Below, piece by piece: positions 41,721-54,800 of a stretch of 64,000 bases of DNA. The DNA is from Bugula neritina (taxonomy: Eukaryota; Animalia; Bryozoa), in the NCBI GenBank assembly GCA_964035545.1, contig OZ037765.1:5218698-5282697 (forward strand), written 5' to 3'. The notes under the pieces are model-generated. The model was not told where the DNA came from, did not search any database, and saw only the letters and a list, made by a program, of their open reading frames with translations. Every line of letters starts with the position of its first letter. Position 1 is the first letter of the stretch. The translations under genes and the position numbers were made by a program.

Positions 41721-44382
41721 ATGGCGGAATTAGACAAACCTCGTCCAAAGTCATTTGGTGATAAACTTTTAGATTTAGGAGATTCACAAAATAAGTTAGA
41801 TATGCCTTGCTCTTTAGATACAGAAAATAGCTCATTCATTGGTGGAAAGTATTATGTGTTACGAGTTGACGATACCTGGCAGCCTGCAGAGGTGATAATT
41901 AATTTTCATTTTGAATTTCAAATTGAAATTCAAATTGATATACTCACTGCCACTCATATTATTATTAATAATTAGTTATTACTATTAGTTATTATTTATC
42001 ACATTTAATTTTAGTTTTACTTTAACTGTTACTATTAGTATTATACTTAGTATAAGTATTACTATTAGTATTAGTATTACATGGTGAGCTTTAACTTACA
42101 GTTACAGTTTCAGTTTGAGTCACTCAAGTTGAACTTGAAGTTATTGTTACTGTGTTAGTGATAGTTTTACTGTTAGTGTTACTCATTCTCATACTGATAG
42201 TGATAATCATTGCCATACTGATACTGTTACTATCACATTCACTATCAGTCTCACTGTGGCTATCACTGGGATTATGATTTTCATTATGATCGTATTCATA
42301 GGCATATTTACTGCATGATTATGATACTGATAGTGATGGTCACACATGCAACTGATGCAGTCAATGACTGAGCCAGACTAGTACTCATACTCATTACTGG
42401 TAGCGATCGCCATCTCCTTTATGATTTATGAGTGAGCCATACTCTCATCATTATTTTACAATTGTTACACTAACAATCATAACATTAACAACTTTGTCAC
42501 TATAATCAATAGTTTTGTGTATAATTAATCAAAATGAAAATTAATTCACTACTTGTTCACTGTGATTGTCACATTCTCTACTACTAAATTAACATACAAA
42601 TGCTGACATGGCTAAAAGTTCATCAAAGTAAACAAGATAGATATTGGTACTATAATTAAATTTCAATAAAAATTGATTAACTATGCTTCTTTTCTCATTA
42701 AGTACTAAGATTTAACTCGGAATTAATAGTAATTACATTCCTTATGTAAAATGAAATGATCAATATTTTCCATTTTGCTATAAAAATTGCCTTTGGCTTT
42801 TTTGAAGTAAACTTTTATTTTACACAATATACTGTAAACTTATTGCCTACCTATAACTATAAGTCCTAAGTATTTATGCCCTTCATAATCATTTTAGCAA
42901 TTGACTTGGTAGGAAAGTTTTTCTTAAGCCAGAATAAAGTTGGAGTCACACCATCATTGCATTTTAATAATTAAAAGTAATTTTAATTTCTATTGCAGTT
43001 TCTGTTACTATTGTCAATTGCATTGGTGTACTATTGTGTAGCCAGTGTATTTTATGAAGCTATGATATAGAAAAACAGTATATGTTATGAGATGAGCTAT
43101 CCGTTATGCAGGTTCTTCAAACAAGAGCAAACGACTCTGGGGAGCAAGAGTTTTATGTACATTACGAAGGGTTGGACCGTCGTCTTGATGAGTGGGTGTC
43201 AGCTGAGAGGGTGGACTTTGAAAGTAAAGCGCCAGCAGTTCACCGCAAAGATAGTATCTCTACTTACAATGATATCATCGATAAAACTGATCGGAAGATT
43301 ACTCGGTAATTTTCCTCTTTAGTAAGCAATATATCTCAAACCTATTTCAATAAAATAGTAGTAGGGTAACACTAAAGGTTGTTTGTAGTCTGTAAAATGA
43401 CTGTGATTATATTCCACTTTGCTCTAGAAATCAGAAACGGAAGCATGATGAGATTAATCACATCCAGAAGGCCTATGCAGATATGGACCCGACTACAGCT
43501 GAGCTTGAGAAGGAGCACGAGGCAATCACTAAAGTCAAGTACATCGATAGGATACAGATTGGCAAGTATGAAATAGACACGTGGTATTTCTCTCCGTATC
43601 CCGAGGAGTACGGGAAAGTTCCTAAACTGTGGATATGCGAGTATTGCCTGAAATATATGCAACTAGAAAAAACCTTCCGGTACCACCAAGGACACTGTGA
43701 ACACAGACAACCTCTCGGTAATGAGATCTACAGATACGGTTCTATTTCTGTGTATGAAGTTGAAAGCAGTGAGCATAAACTGTATTGTCAGAACTTGTGT
43801 CTACTGGCAAAGCTTTTCCTAGATCATAAAACGCTTTACTTTGATGTGGAGCCTTTTCTGTTCTACGTGCTAACTGAGGTTGACAGGCATGGAGCGCACA
43901 TCGTGGGTTACTTCTCCAAGGAAAAAGAATCGCCTGAAGGCAACAACTTGGCTTGTATCATGATTTTACCTCCATATCAGCGCAAGGGTTATGGTAGATT
44001 TCTCATCGCGTTCTCGTATGAGTTGTCCAAGTTTGAAGGGGTGTTAGGGTCTCCAGAAAAGCCCTTGTCCGACTTAGGGAAACTAAGCTATCGCAGTTAC
44101 TGGTCTTATGTTCTTTTAAACATCCTGCGTGAGACCAGAGGCAGCCTATCTATAAAGGAAATGACTCAAAGGACGAGTATAACTCACAATGATGTGGTGA
44201 CAACTCTTCAGTCTCTCAATATGGTAAAGTATTGGAAGGGCCAGCATGTAGTGTGCGTGACGTCGAAGGCTATAGAAGACCTAATGAAAGACGGGCTGTT
44301 TAAAGACCCAGTTCTGTCGGTAGATCCGGAGTACTTACGTTGGACACCAAAGCGAAAAGCTCTTGTTAGCAGCAAAAAATGA
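41721..44382 (+). CDS. KAT8: Histone acetyltransferase KAT8/MOF (MYST family, H4K16)
   Basis: Exons 41721-41891, 43112-43305, 43428-44382. Chromobarrel ([27 protein letters not shown]), linker [56 protein letters not shown]2HC finger (CEYCLKY..HQGHC), MYST HAT ([52 protein letters not shown]). Confidence 0.95.
41970..42500. repeat. Degenerate hexamer-periodic low-complexity tract (tattag/actatc/catact) in KAT8 intron 1
   Basis: Runs such as ttactattagtattagtattac, tcatactgatagtgataatc, actatcacattcactatcagtc. Confidence 0.6.
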
Positions 44383-44798
44383 ATAATGATACGTTACTTT
44401 CTCTCAGATATCATAGCTCAATATGGTTGGCTAAAATCTTTAACTTGGTTTAATTGTGTAAAGTAATAAATATATCCTATACTGCCAGGCTAATCTGTTC
44501 AGCAACATATTTGTACATACATGTGTAAATACTTTATTTTTCTCTGTTTTCATGTTACTTTATTGGGAAATATATTGCACATCTATATAGAAATAAAATG
44601 TTCTTCAATCAAAATTCTAATAATGTTACGGTCTAAAATAATATAAATATAGTTTCGGAATGGTAATTATAGTCATCGCAATTGAACTGACCCATATGTA
44701 TATTCTTCGCTAATGTTGAAAGATGCAACATTTCATGCCCTTCAAGCAGGCATAAGTGGTCAATTCCTTTCTTTGCCCAGTAAAAGCACTACTACAGT

Positions 44799-47700
44799 TT
44801 AAAACAAATCATCCCAGTCAGAGGTCTCATCTGGTGGCATTATCACATCTCCAGTAAACCTGTCGAAGTTTGAAGTGTCCATGTTGTTCAGTACTTTTCT
44901 TTGCAGTGGAGTGAAGACAATAGCACGCTTCTCTAGTCCTATCCAGTCAAACCCTTGAAACCACCTGAAAATGTAAACTAGTTATTGTAATAGTAGCTAC
45001 AATCTCAAAGTTTTAAAATTTTATGGTCACTTGAGTGATCCACAAATGAGTGATAAATTCTGGGACAAGTGTGTATAAATTCATTAAGCAATAGTGAAGC
45101 AAAACTCCAAATAGACAACAAAATAATTATTTTTTAAATTTAAGTTATTGCGAAGAGTTGCATAGTTTGTGATCTTTTCCCTCAGAAATTTTATAAATGC
45201 ATAATTATATTATTATAAGGAAGCTAGTAATAAATGATTGCCAATAGCTCACTTGTGTTTGGTTATATCTAGAAGGCCATTTTTCTGATAGCCCAGTCTT
45301 TCTGTTGGCACTGGTCTGCATAGTCTTTTAATAATGTGTTGTGCATTTTTACTAACTTTCTTAGGGAAGTCTAAAGCATCGACCCCTTTCAATATGATAT
45401 TGTACGTTTGCATTGGGTCCGAGGCTGCAAAAGGAGGTCTACAAAGACATATATTTGGAGTGAATAAATGTGTAATGAACTTACAAGTATCACATACCTT
45501 CAATCAATTGCCTCTCAGGAACTTAATCTGCTGACTTATCTGCTACCACCAAGGACACTGTGAACACAAGCGGGCCCTCCTCCCCCCCCCGTAATGAGAC
45601 CTACAGATATGTCTACAAATCATAAAGCTATTTATGCGTGGCTAAGGTACACGTTCATGGAACTATAGGCCTACTATACAGACCTTTAGTCATCCATATA
45701 AGTACAATACAACACTTTCAGCATGGTAGGTTTATAGTTTGTGAAAAAAATTATCAACAAAAACGTCTTTTTTCTGGCTTTAGTGGTCAATGTGAAGTTT
45801 TAAGTGTCTATTCTATTAAATCTGATAAACTAGTGCCTCTACAAAATGTTATATTTATTGATTAATGAAAATAGAATATTAATTATATGATTTAGAAAAC
45901 AATAGCCACTAACACTCCAGTAGTCAGCTCATATATCAGTATGCCAATTGCCCAGATGTCTACAGCATGGTCGTGACCTTTGTTTAGTATAATTTCTGGA
46001 GCTACATATTCCGGAGTGCCACAGAAAGTCCAAGTCTTTTTTCCAGCAGGTAAATATTTAGCAAAACCAAAATCAACCTGCAACCAAACTGTAATTTTAT
46101 AGCAATATCATATTAATTGAAAAAGGGCAGCAAAAATTAAATAGCAAACTAATCCAGGTATATTATTTACTGCCAACATTATATACTAGGTTGTGCAAAA
46201 ATAATGAGAAGACAACTTTTAAGATAAAACTACAAATTGAATGCTGAATATAGACAAATTTGTATGTATTGAACGCAACTTTCTTTCTCCATTCACAAAA
46301 AAAAGGTTAAATGCATTCAAAACTACTTATGGAATACTAAAGGTATATAGTGATATAAACCTGTCACAACATCAACAAATAAGATAACGTTTTTCTGCTT
46401 ACCAGCTTGACGTAGCCATCACCTGTCACTAGAAGATTCTCAGGTTTGAGGTCTCTGTATACGATACCCTTTGAGTGAAGATATTGCAGGGCTTTGATCA
46501 CACAGGCTACTGCAAATCTTGAGGTGTTGTCATCGAAATAGCCTCTGGGTAAAATAATTAACAAGGGCTAAATCTGTACTAGCACAGTGGTGCATGGGAA
46601 TTATCTGCTCAATGTTTATTTTAAATTTACCATGTATTAGAGATTTGTGACCCTCCCTCAATAGATCTTTTTATTTTTATGGTTATATGCTGCTTAAATT
46701 ATGAAACTACTATCCAAAAAATGTTTTAGGGAGTAGCCATGGTCTAGGGGTTAGAGCACTGGCTTAGTAATGCTGAGGTAATTGGGTTAAATACCCAAAA
46801 AAGGCCATATTGATGGTTTTAGGAAGAGCATTCAGTCATAATTGCTCCTGTGTCGCTTATGAATGGGTCTTTAACTTGCCTTAAAATCCTTTCCATCAGT
46901 GGTTTCTCACAGAAATAGTGACTATAAACTTGCGTGAGTTTTTTAAGGAAAATATATATTCTTAGATTTCATGCAATTCCTAATGTGTTACATAAAATGT
47001 AATTTAAGCATAGTGCTGTAATCACATAACATGGCCTGAAATGCAATACAAAATTATGGGATAACGCTTTTAAGAGCTTTAGTTACATTATAAGCTTTTC
47101 ACTCCCTACCTGTCTCGTAATATAGTCCACAATTCACCACCAAGACATGCTTCCATCAGCATGTACACAAACTTTTTATCTTTGAATGTTTTGTACAGCC
47201 TACATAAAGCATTAAACATAGATTATTTTTTTATACAACAAGCTGGTATTAAAGTTCTGTCAAACTTTTCTGGTAATAATTTTGCAATATAGTGAAAACA
47301 ATGTTTCTATGTAATTCCATTGTTTAAAAACTTTCAAATATATATGAAGGGTTTGCACAAAATATTTGTTTTGTATAAGTTTTAGTTCATTATATTTAAA
47401 GATTTTTGTATGTCACAAAAGTAATTGTTGGCGCACACGCTGTCTATTACATAGAGCTGTAAGATTATATTTTAAAACTTGTATACAATCATACAGCAAA
47501 TCTCACTGTTGCAGCAAGTATATGTAATCACTATGGCTCCCAATTTTTTCAAACCTTCAAATTAAGCTAATCAAAGATTTGAATCAACCTTAAATTAACC
47601 AGCTAACACTTGAATAAAAGACACATGTAATTAATAGAAATTCACACATATGAGCATTTACCTATGTTTGGCAGTCTAATTTTGAAAAATAGCTTCATAT

Positions 47701-50700
47701 TTGATAAAGACAAATAACAAAGTTAAAAAAACTACATAAATAATTTCTAAATGTCATTGAATTATAGCAGTGATTAGTACCCAATACCCAGTTTTGATTT
47801 AGTAAATTTATCTAAACGCTTGCTATCAGATTAGATTTGTCAAAAACTAAATTATTACATCATTTCTTCAATGGCTAATGTTATTGTCTAGTACCTTTAT
47901 TATATTTTTAGTAGCTACTGGATTTTCCAATAAAACAAAAATGATATGACAATGAGAATACTTCAATGCTAAAATACAGAGTGCATAGCAGTCACATATT
48001 ACTTTCAATATATCAATTTAACATCTTTCTAAAAGTATTAAGTATAAGCTGACGAGAGCTCTTACTTGACAATGTGGTCTGACTGGCAGGTCATCATCAC
48101 CTTCTTCTCACTGTAAATGTGCTCTTGCTGCCGAGTCTCTACCACATGGTGCTTCTTCAAGCACTTCAAGGCAAATGTCTTGGACTCATCTTTTTTATAC
48201 TGGACCTGGTATACACAACTACTTATACATGATTGGTGAAGTATAAATAAACGCCAGTTATTTTATTGCAGGTAAATACACTAGTGACATAGAATGACAC
48301 TTGTCGTGCTGAGACCCTGATTACCAGTTTTTTGATAGAGGTGTAATAGTTATAGTTTTGATATAATAGACATAATATATAGCCTTTTGAATTGAGAAGA
48401 TCAAATCATCTGCGATCAGCCTCGCATCAGCATATATAAAATAGCTGTAGCAATGTTTGAGCATAGAGGCAATGCAATGGTAAATTTTCCTTATTGCCGA
48501 ACTGCATGTATTATTTTGCATAACAAAACAGAAACAATAAAGCCTGTGCCAATTAATCTATGCAGCTACTTGAGGAATTTCAAAAATGTAACATTCATGT
48601 TCAAATTCAACAGGAGATGACAACTATCATGAAATAGAGGAAACATTACTATTTCAGGAGACTATAACTATCATGAAATAGAGGAAACATTACTATTTCA
48701 GGAGAAGACAACTATTGAGACATAGAGGAAACATTACCAGCTCAACTCGTCCAAAACCCCCAATACCAAGAGTTGCTACAATCACCAGATCTGAAAGCTG
48801 TATGTGTTGGTATTCAGGGTCTATTGGAGGGCATCTACGGTTGTCTAGGGAAGTTTCAACAAAAACATCCGAAAGATCAGCTTGCTGCCTACAAATTGGA
48901 AAATAACTAGTTTTATACCCATCGTAAGCTCTAAAGAAACAAAACTGTGCAACATATGTATCTGTTTTGGTTATAAACATCATGTCTAATGCGTTTATTC
49001 TTGTGCAGTTATTATTAATATATTTATCAGGTGTATAAAGTAGATTTTAAACTGTTGATACATATATATAATAACTTATAAGCTTATGTCACAGTTGTAA
49101 ATACTTATTAGAAATATCTAGCCACTGTCATATAAAAGCAAAATGCATATATATACTGTATTAACTAATACAAGGCAATTTCAGTATTGTGCCATGTTGT
49201 AAGATTGATGGGTATCACAGTATAAGACATGATAGTAAGTTTATCTCACCATTTAGCTTGCCTCTCATAATCTCCGTAGTCTTTTTCTTTAAACTCTGAC
49301 AGCCCACCAATTAGCTTTGTGAATGGTCTACAAACAGAGTGCAGCATAATAATTATTATATAGTGCAAATCTAGATTAATGGTCTTAATTTAGAGAAATA
49401 CTAGTAAGTTTTACAGAGTCAACCATAGTATATGGGAAATAAATTAAGTTTTCATCAACAAAAATGTCTCAATTATTTGCAGTATGAGTTTCAAATTTGG
49501 GCTCAAAACAAGCTACCTTTCATGCAATGGAAATTTGTATCAAGCGCTAAGCCCTGTGCTATGGTGCTACTCAACATTCTATATAAATTTCAATGCAGGA
49601 CTGACATTTTTATTTTTGTATCACGTACTAGTAATTTCATGCAAAAGCAGATTTTTCAACTTTTTTTCACAAGCAGTACCAAATGTTCTTTTGAATGTAT
49701 TTTTGCATAAGTTTAAGCATGTAAAAGTAGGAAGTTTAGTATATTATAGCCTACTCTCTGTTGAGTGTAAAAAGCTCTACTCCGGGATGGCAGGCTATGA
49801 CATTAGCTGTTCTTCTGTCCTCATTTATCAACGCCTTCTCACCAAAATATTCACCCTTGCCTAACTGTCTGATTTCTCTTGGCTCCTTCTGACCAACCAC
49901 ATTCTGAGTGACCTTGACTTTGCCATCAGATATTATGTAGAAAGTATCTCCAACCTCTCCTTCCCGAATAATGTGTTCTCCTGACTCAAAGAAATCCTGT
50001 CAAGAAAACCAGAATTTAATGTTGTAAAATTTTCTGTCTGAAGCTATAACTCTCGGTTATAATGCTTTTTTCTCACTAAACTTTTATGCCAATAGACCTT
50101 TTTCTAATGCTTTTTGTATTTAATTTGTAATGAAGAGTTGTGCCTCCTTAGCAGGTACATACATACTTCAACTTCATTATCGAACAATCTCATTAAAAAT
50201 TCAAAGTTTGGCTGCTACATAAAACCTACACTATACCATATTATTTTAGTAATTACAGCACACATATTAGTATTTTGGGGAAAAATATTCAGCAGTATTT
50301 TTTAGTAAATTCTAAACAAAAATGAACTTGAAGCATTTTTCATGGTCATTTGTTTATTGAGAAGTGCTGCTGCAGCAGCAAGAATATAATATATCCTATT
50401 AATCATTTGGCATGCTGCAGGTGCCACCACGTGCTGATAGGTTATTAGGCACAATTCGTTTTCAGATGTTTTAAAAAATTGGAATATAAAAGTATGATTC
50501 ATACCACTTCCAATGAGTCAGCTATTTTGAAGAGGTCTTCTTTACTCAGCATTTGTAGATACTTCACGCTTCAACAAATATAAAAAACAAATGCTATCAT
50601 AAAACATTGTAGTTATATATATTTAAAAAGTTATTTAATTTGAAAACTTGTAACATATTAAATATAATTGACAGCAGTTATACAAGTGGTTACATTTTTG

Positions 50701-51752
50701 TCATATTTTTAGTTTTCTTATTATTTTATCAGTGAAAGCCATTTTACCTGGCAAGAAACTCTCTCCGTTTTTGCTGCTGTTCTATGCCAGTAGTCACCAT
50801 GATTGATTGAAACACTCTCCGCTCCAAGTACCATATCTTGGCATCTCTGAAAGCTACAGAAAAATAAGTACAATGTGTGGATGCAAATATAATTGCTACT
50901 CCATTTTTAGCACAGATGCTTCAGCATTATTTCCATTGAGTCAAAGATTATAGTATATTCTCAAAATTTTTAGTAAAATTTTGTATAATTTTTTTTCATT
51001 ACATAATAAATAATTTTCAAAACTGTTATAGGAGCTTATAAAATTTTATGGTTGATATTGGCTTTCTCCAAATAAAAAACTCATTGGTAAATACTTCAAT
51101 GAGCTCTTAATTTAAAAGTAAATATATTAATAAACTTTTTATTGTAATTGTATTTTGGAATATTAAGTTAGTATCATGATTATCACACTAACAAAAATAT
51201 TACATTTTAAAACTATATGTGTGACTTTAGAAACAGTTAACATTCACGTAATTATTTTTACTAGATTTCTTAAAAATAATTTTCGCTGCTATATAATATT
51301 TTGACTTGAGATTATACCTCTAATTGAAGCGGTTCTTTTGCAGCCGTATAGGATAGCCAGTTCTCCGAATGCAGAACCAGGAAGTATTTGTCCAACTGGA
51401 CTGCCATTCTTCAACACCTCCAGGGTTCCTTCTGCAAGTGGACCAGAACTACATTATATTGCAACACTCGGCCATATGCTATAATATATACATTATAGAT
51501 ACACTATGCAACACTCTGTTATACACTGTTACCTTAACTATAATATATACCAAGCTACAGCATACAACATGCTGTTACATTGTGACTTACACTAAAGCAT
51601 GTATGCAACATACTGTTATACACTGTTACTTTCACTATCATATATAGATACCTATACATTATACAATACACTCTCACAATAATTAGACCTACACTATGAA
51701 ATGTGCGTAGCTACATTATAAAACATACTGTCACACGATGACCTACACTATA

Positions 51753-51835
<83 letters not shown>

Positions 51836-54800
51836 AGCACTTTTAACTGCAATCAATGCGACAAAACTTTATCTAAGTCATGCTAACTTGAATGACTTGC
51901 GTAACTGCTAAATTCACTGACTTAAATAACTGTACTTTAACTAAACTCATGCATATTATACTGACAGAAAAAGATTCTTATATAAAAATGAAGGTATTAA
52001 ACTTTAAAAGTATTGCGTGTTCTTCAACATCTTTATTGATGAAGTTAATACAAAAATTGATTCCCATATTTTGAGATTCACAGGTAATAGTTGGTAAGAA
52101 CATGCTCTGGAGCTATTTCGCTTCTGTCCGGCATGTTTGAAGAAAACATAAAAGCATTGTATAATCTTGACGGCATTTATTAATAACCACACAGTCAGCA
52201 TGGCAAAGTTATTCAATTTACTAAATCCTATAAAAAGAATAGAAAGTAAAAGCAGGCAACTCCTAAGGTTTCTAACTTTTAATGTAATTATTATTATTGA
52301 TGTCTTTCACTTAAGCTGATGAAGCTGATTGATTTAACTGCTATTTTATTGTAATTTTCCAAAAACTGAAGTTCATAAGTATTTCAATCTTAAACCACTT
52401 AGAAGCTCTACATTATATGAGTATAAGCCAATATGTAATAGGTTTTCTATGCTGCTACTTAGGTAAACGTTCTATTTCTTCTATAAATCGCTTGCATAGA
52501 ATGCATTATATGTGAAAACCATCATTTATCAACTATATATTAATTTAAGAACTTTTCTGTCAACTGGTTGACTTAAATTCACACTGAATATAATTTATCA
52601 AGTTTATATGTGTATAATTATTATATACATAAACATTACATAAACATTACATATACCTTACATATACATTACATATACATTACATATACATTACATATAC
52701 CTTACATATACATTACATATACATTACATATACATTACATATACATTACATGTACATTACATATACACTATATATACACTATATATATATTATATATATA
52801 TTATATATATATATACACTATACATATAATATGTTTGTGTGTGTAAACAAGCATATGCTTGAATAAACTTACTTGCGGACACGAAGAAGTCGTCTCCAGG
52901 CTCATTCTCCTTGATTATATACTCTCCCTGCTTGTAGCTCTTCTCCTTCATGCAGCTCACAATCGCATGCATCTGATTCTTGTCCAAATTTTTCAAAAAG
53001 TCATTTTCTTTCAGCGCAGTTTTAATCAAATTCTTTGAGCTGCAAAATACATGCAATTTTTCTTGCTTCCAAGTTTTTACCAACAACCTCTACTTCTATG
53101 ATGCTTTCAACATTATTTAATGTGTTTTTGATATTACGAATTATGTGGCATATTATGTGAACCACTACTACTTGCAATGCAAATTATGGCTTAGTTTATC
53201 ATACACCTCATCCTTGATAGCAGCCTTATATTAGTTTTGATAAATATTAATTCAAAATAATTAATTAATATTGATTATGACTACCACAATTATGCAGCAA
53301 ATTTTTATTAAGCAAATAATAAAACTTACTATCCTTTGCCATCTTTAAAATTTGTGAAAGCTCAGTGTGTAACAGTTGTAGTATTTACAAAACTACAGAT
53401 AGCATTGTACTATGTATCGGTTATATAGTATGGTCTCTGGTAGTATATATTGCGTGTAGACTGTTTGAATCATCCCATGCAAGCTGCAATCAGCTATATA
53501 ACACTTGTAAACACACAAATAATTAATGATATACAATGACTACGTTGCTATATATCAACATGATTGTGTATCATAGAAAGTGCATGTAAGTATATTTAAG
53601 ACAGACTAAAAGCTGGGATATTGTATGAATTGATAGAAAAATATTATTATGCTATTGCTTTTGCATATTTATCCTCAATCAAAAAAATGATATCACAGTA
53701 AACTTGTTTACTATTTTAAGTTCGCCTATTTTATGATAAATAATATAACATAGGCCTATTTAATTTTGCAGCTGTAGCTACATGGCTCAGAATTTGATAT
53801 CCTAGAATTGTTTTACCATGAGCAGTTGTTTAAAACCTAATTACTTGCAAGCCAGCTTTTTTGCAGGGAAGAGAGACGGGAAGCAAAGACTAAGAACTTC
53901 TCACTCATAACTGTTGACATAAGCAGCAAAATTTGCTGAACTTATATATCTGCTGGTGTTAACTTTGCAGAGTTTAAATCAAGCCGAACATTTAGGCCTA
54001 TATAGTAAGGGCACTTCAACCCCATCATAGCAATTGGCATGATATTTTACTACTAATATAGACTTATAATTAATTACTCTCTTTCATACAGGTGAAGGTT
54101 AATGAGCAATAAAACAGTTTTATGGTCATAAAACTAACTTGTAGCAACAAAAGCATATTTGTATTCTAGTGATGCAAGTTCTTTCACACACACTTTAAGC
54201 TTTGTAAATCAATTAGTGGGATTCTGTTTAGATAAATTGAGGAACAGTTTCAACTTCAAATTTTCTATGATTATTCACTTTAGACTTAGTTAAACTTATT
54301 TTGCTTAGTCTCACTGAGTTAGCTTCTATCAAAAGGATATTATATTTATTCAGTTAGCTATTCTGTCTGCGGAAGTAGCAACTTGTATTTTAAATTTATA
54401 ATTGCCTAATTATAAATAAGAAGGCGCCTTATACCACACTGTATATAAGATACTTGCAGTAATATTGATGGGCACACTTTTAATATGTGATTATATTGGA
54501 GTAACTATTGAGTAAAGTTAATTATCCTCTTAATACAGCAGCTAGTCTTAGATTCATTGCCACAGGAAATCTCTAGGGACCGAATGTATATAAATAAGAG
54601 AAATGCAAACAGCTTAGCACGTAATAACTTATATGCTATGCTTCCTTCTAACCGGAGCAAACTTAAAAGATGTAGAACAAAATGCTTCAGAATATAAAAT
54701 TAGTTGCAACTTCTGCTTTAATTAGAACATTAGTGTATTGGATTTCTTCTTGAACCAACCAAGAAAAATTACAAGAAAAGCCTTGTAAAATTCATCTCCC

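Noticed and set aside
48611-48737. CRISPR-like array
   Set aside because: Units are contiguous tandem copies without unique spacers, there are no cas genes, and the context is a eukaryotic intron.
49432-49864. Plus-strand ORFs of 92 and 126 aa, and other antisense ORFs over ABCC/PKG exons, as nested genes
   Set aside because: No recognisable domains or splice support; they are shadows of minus-strand exons or AT-rich intron noise.
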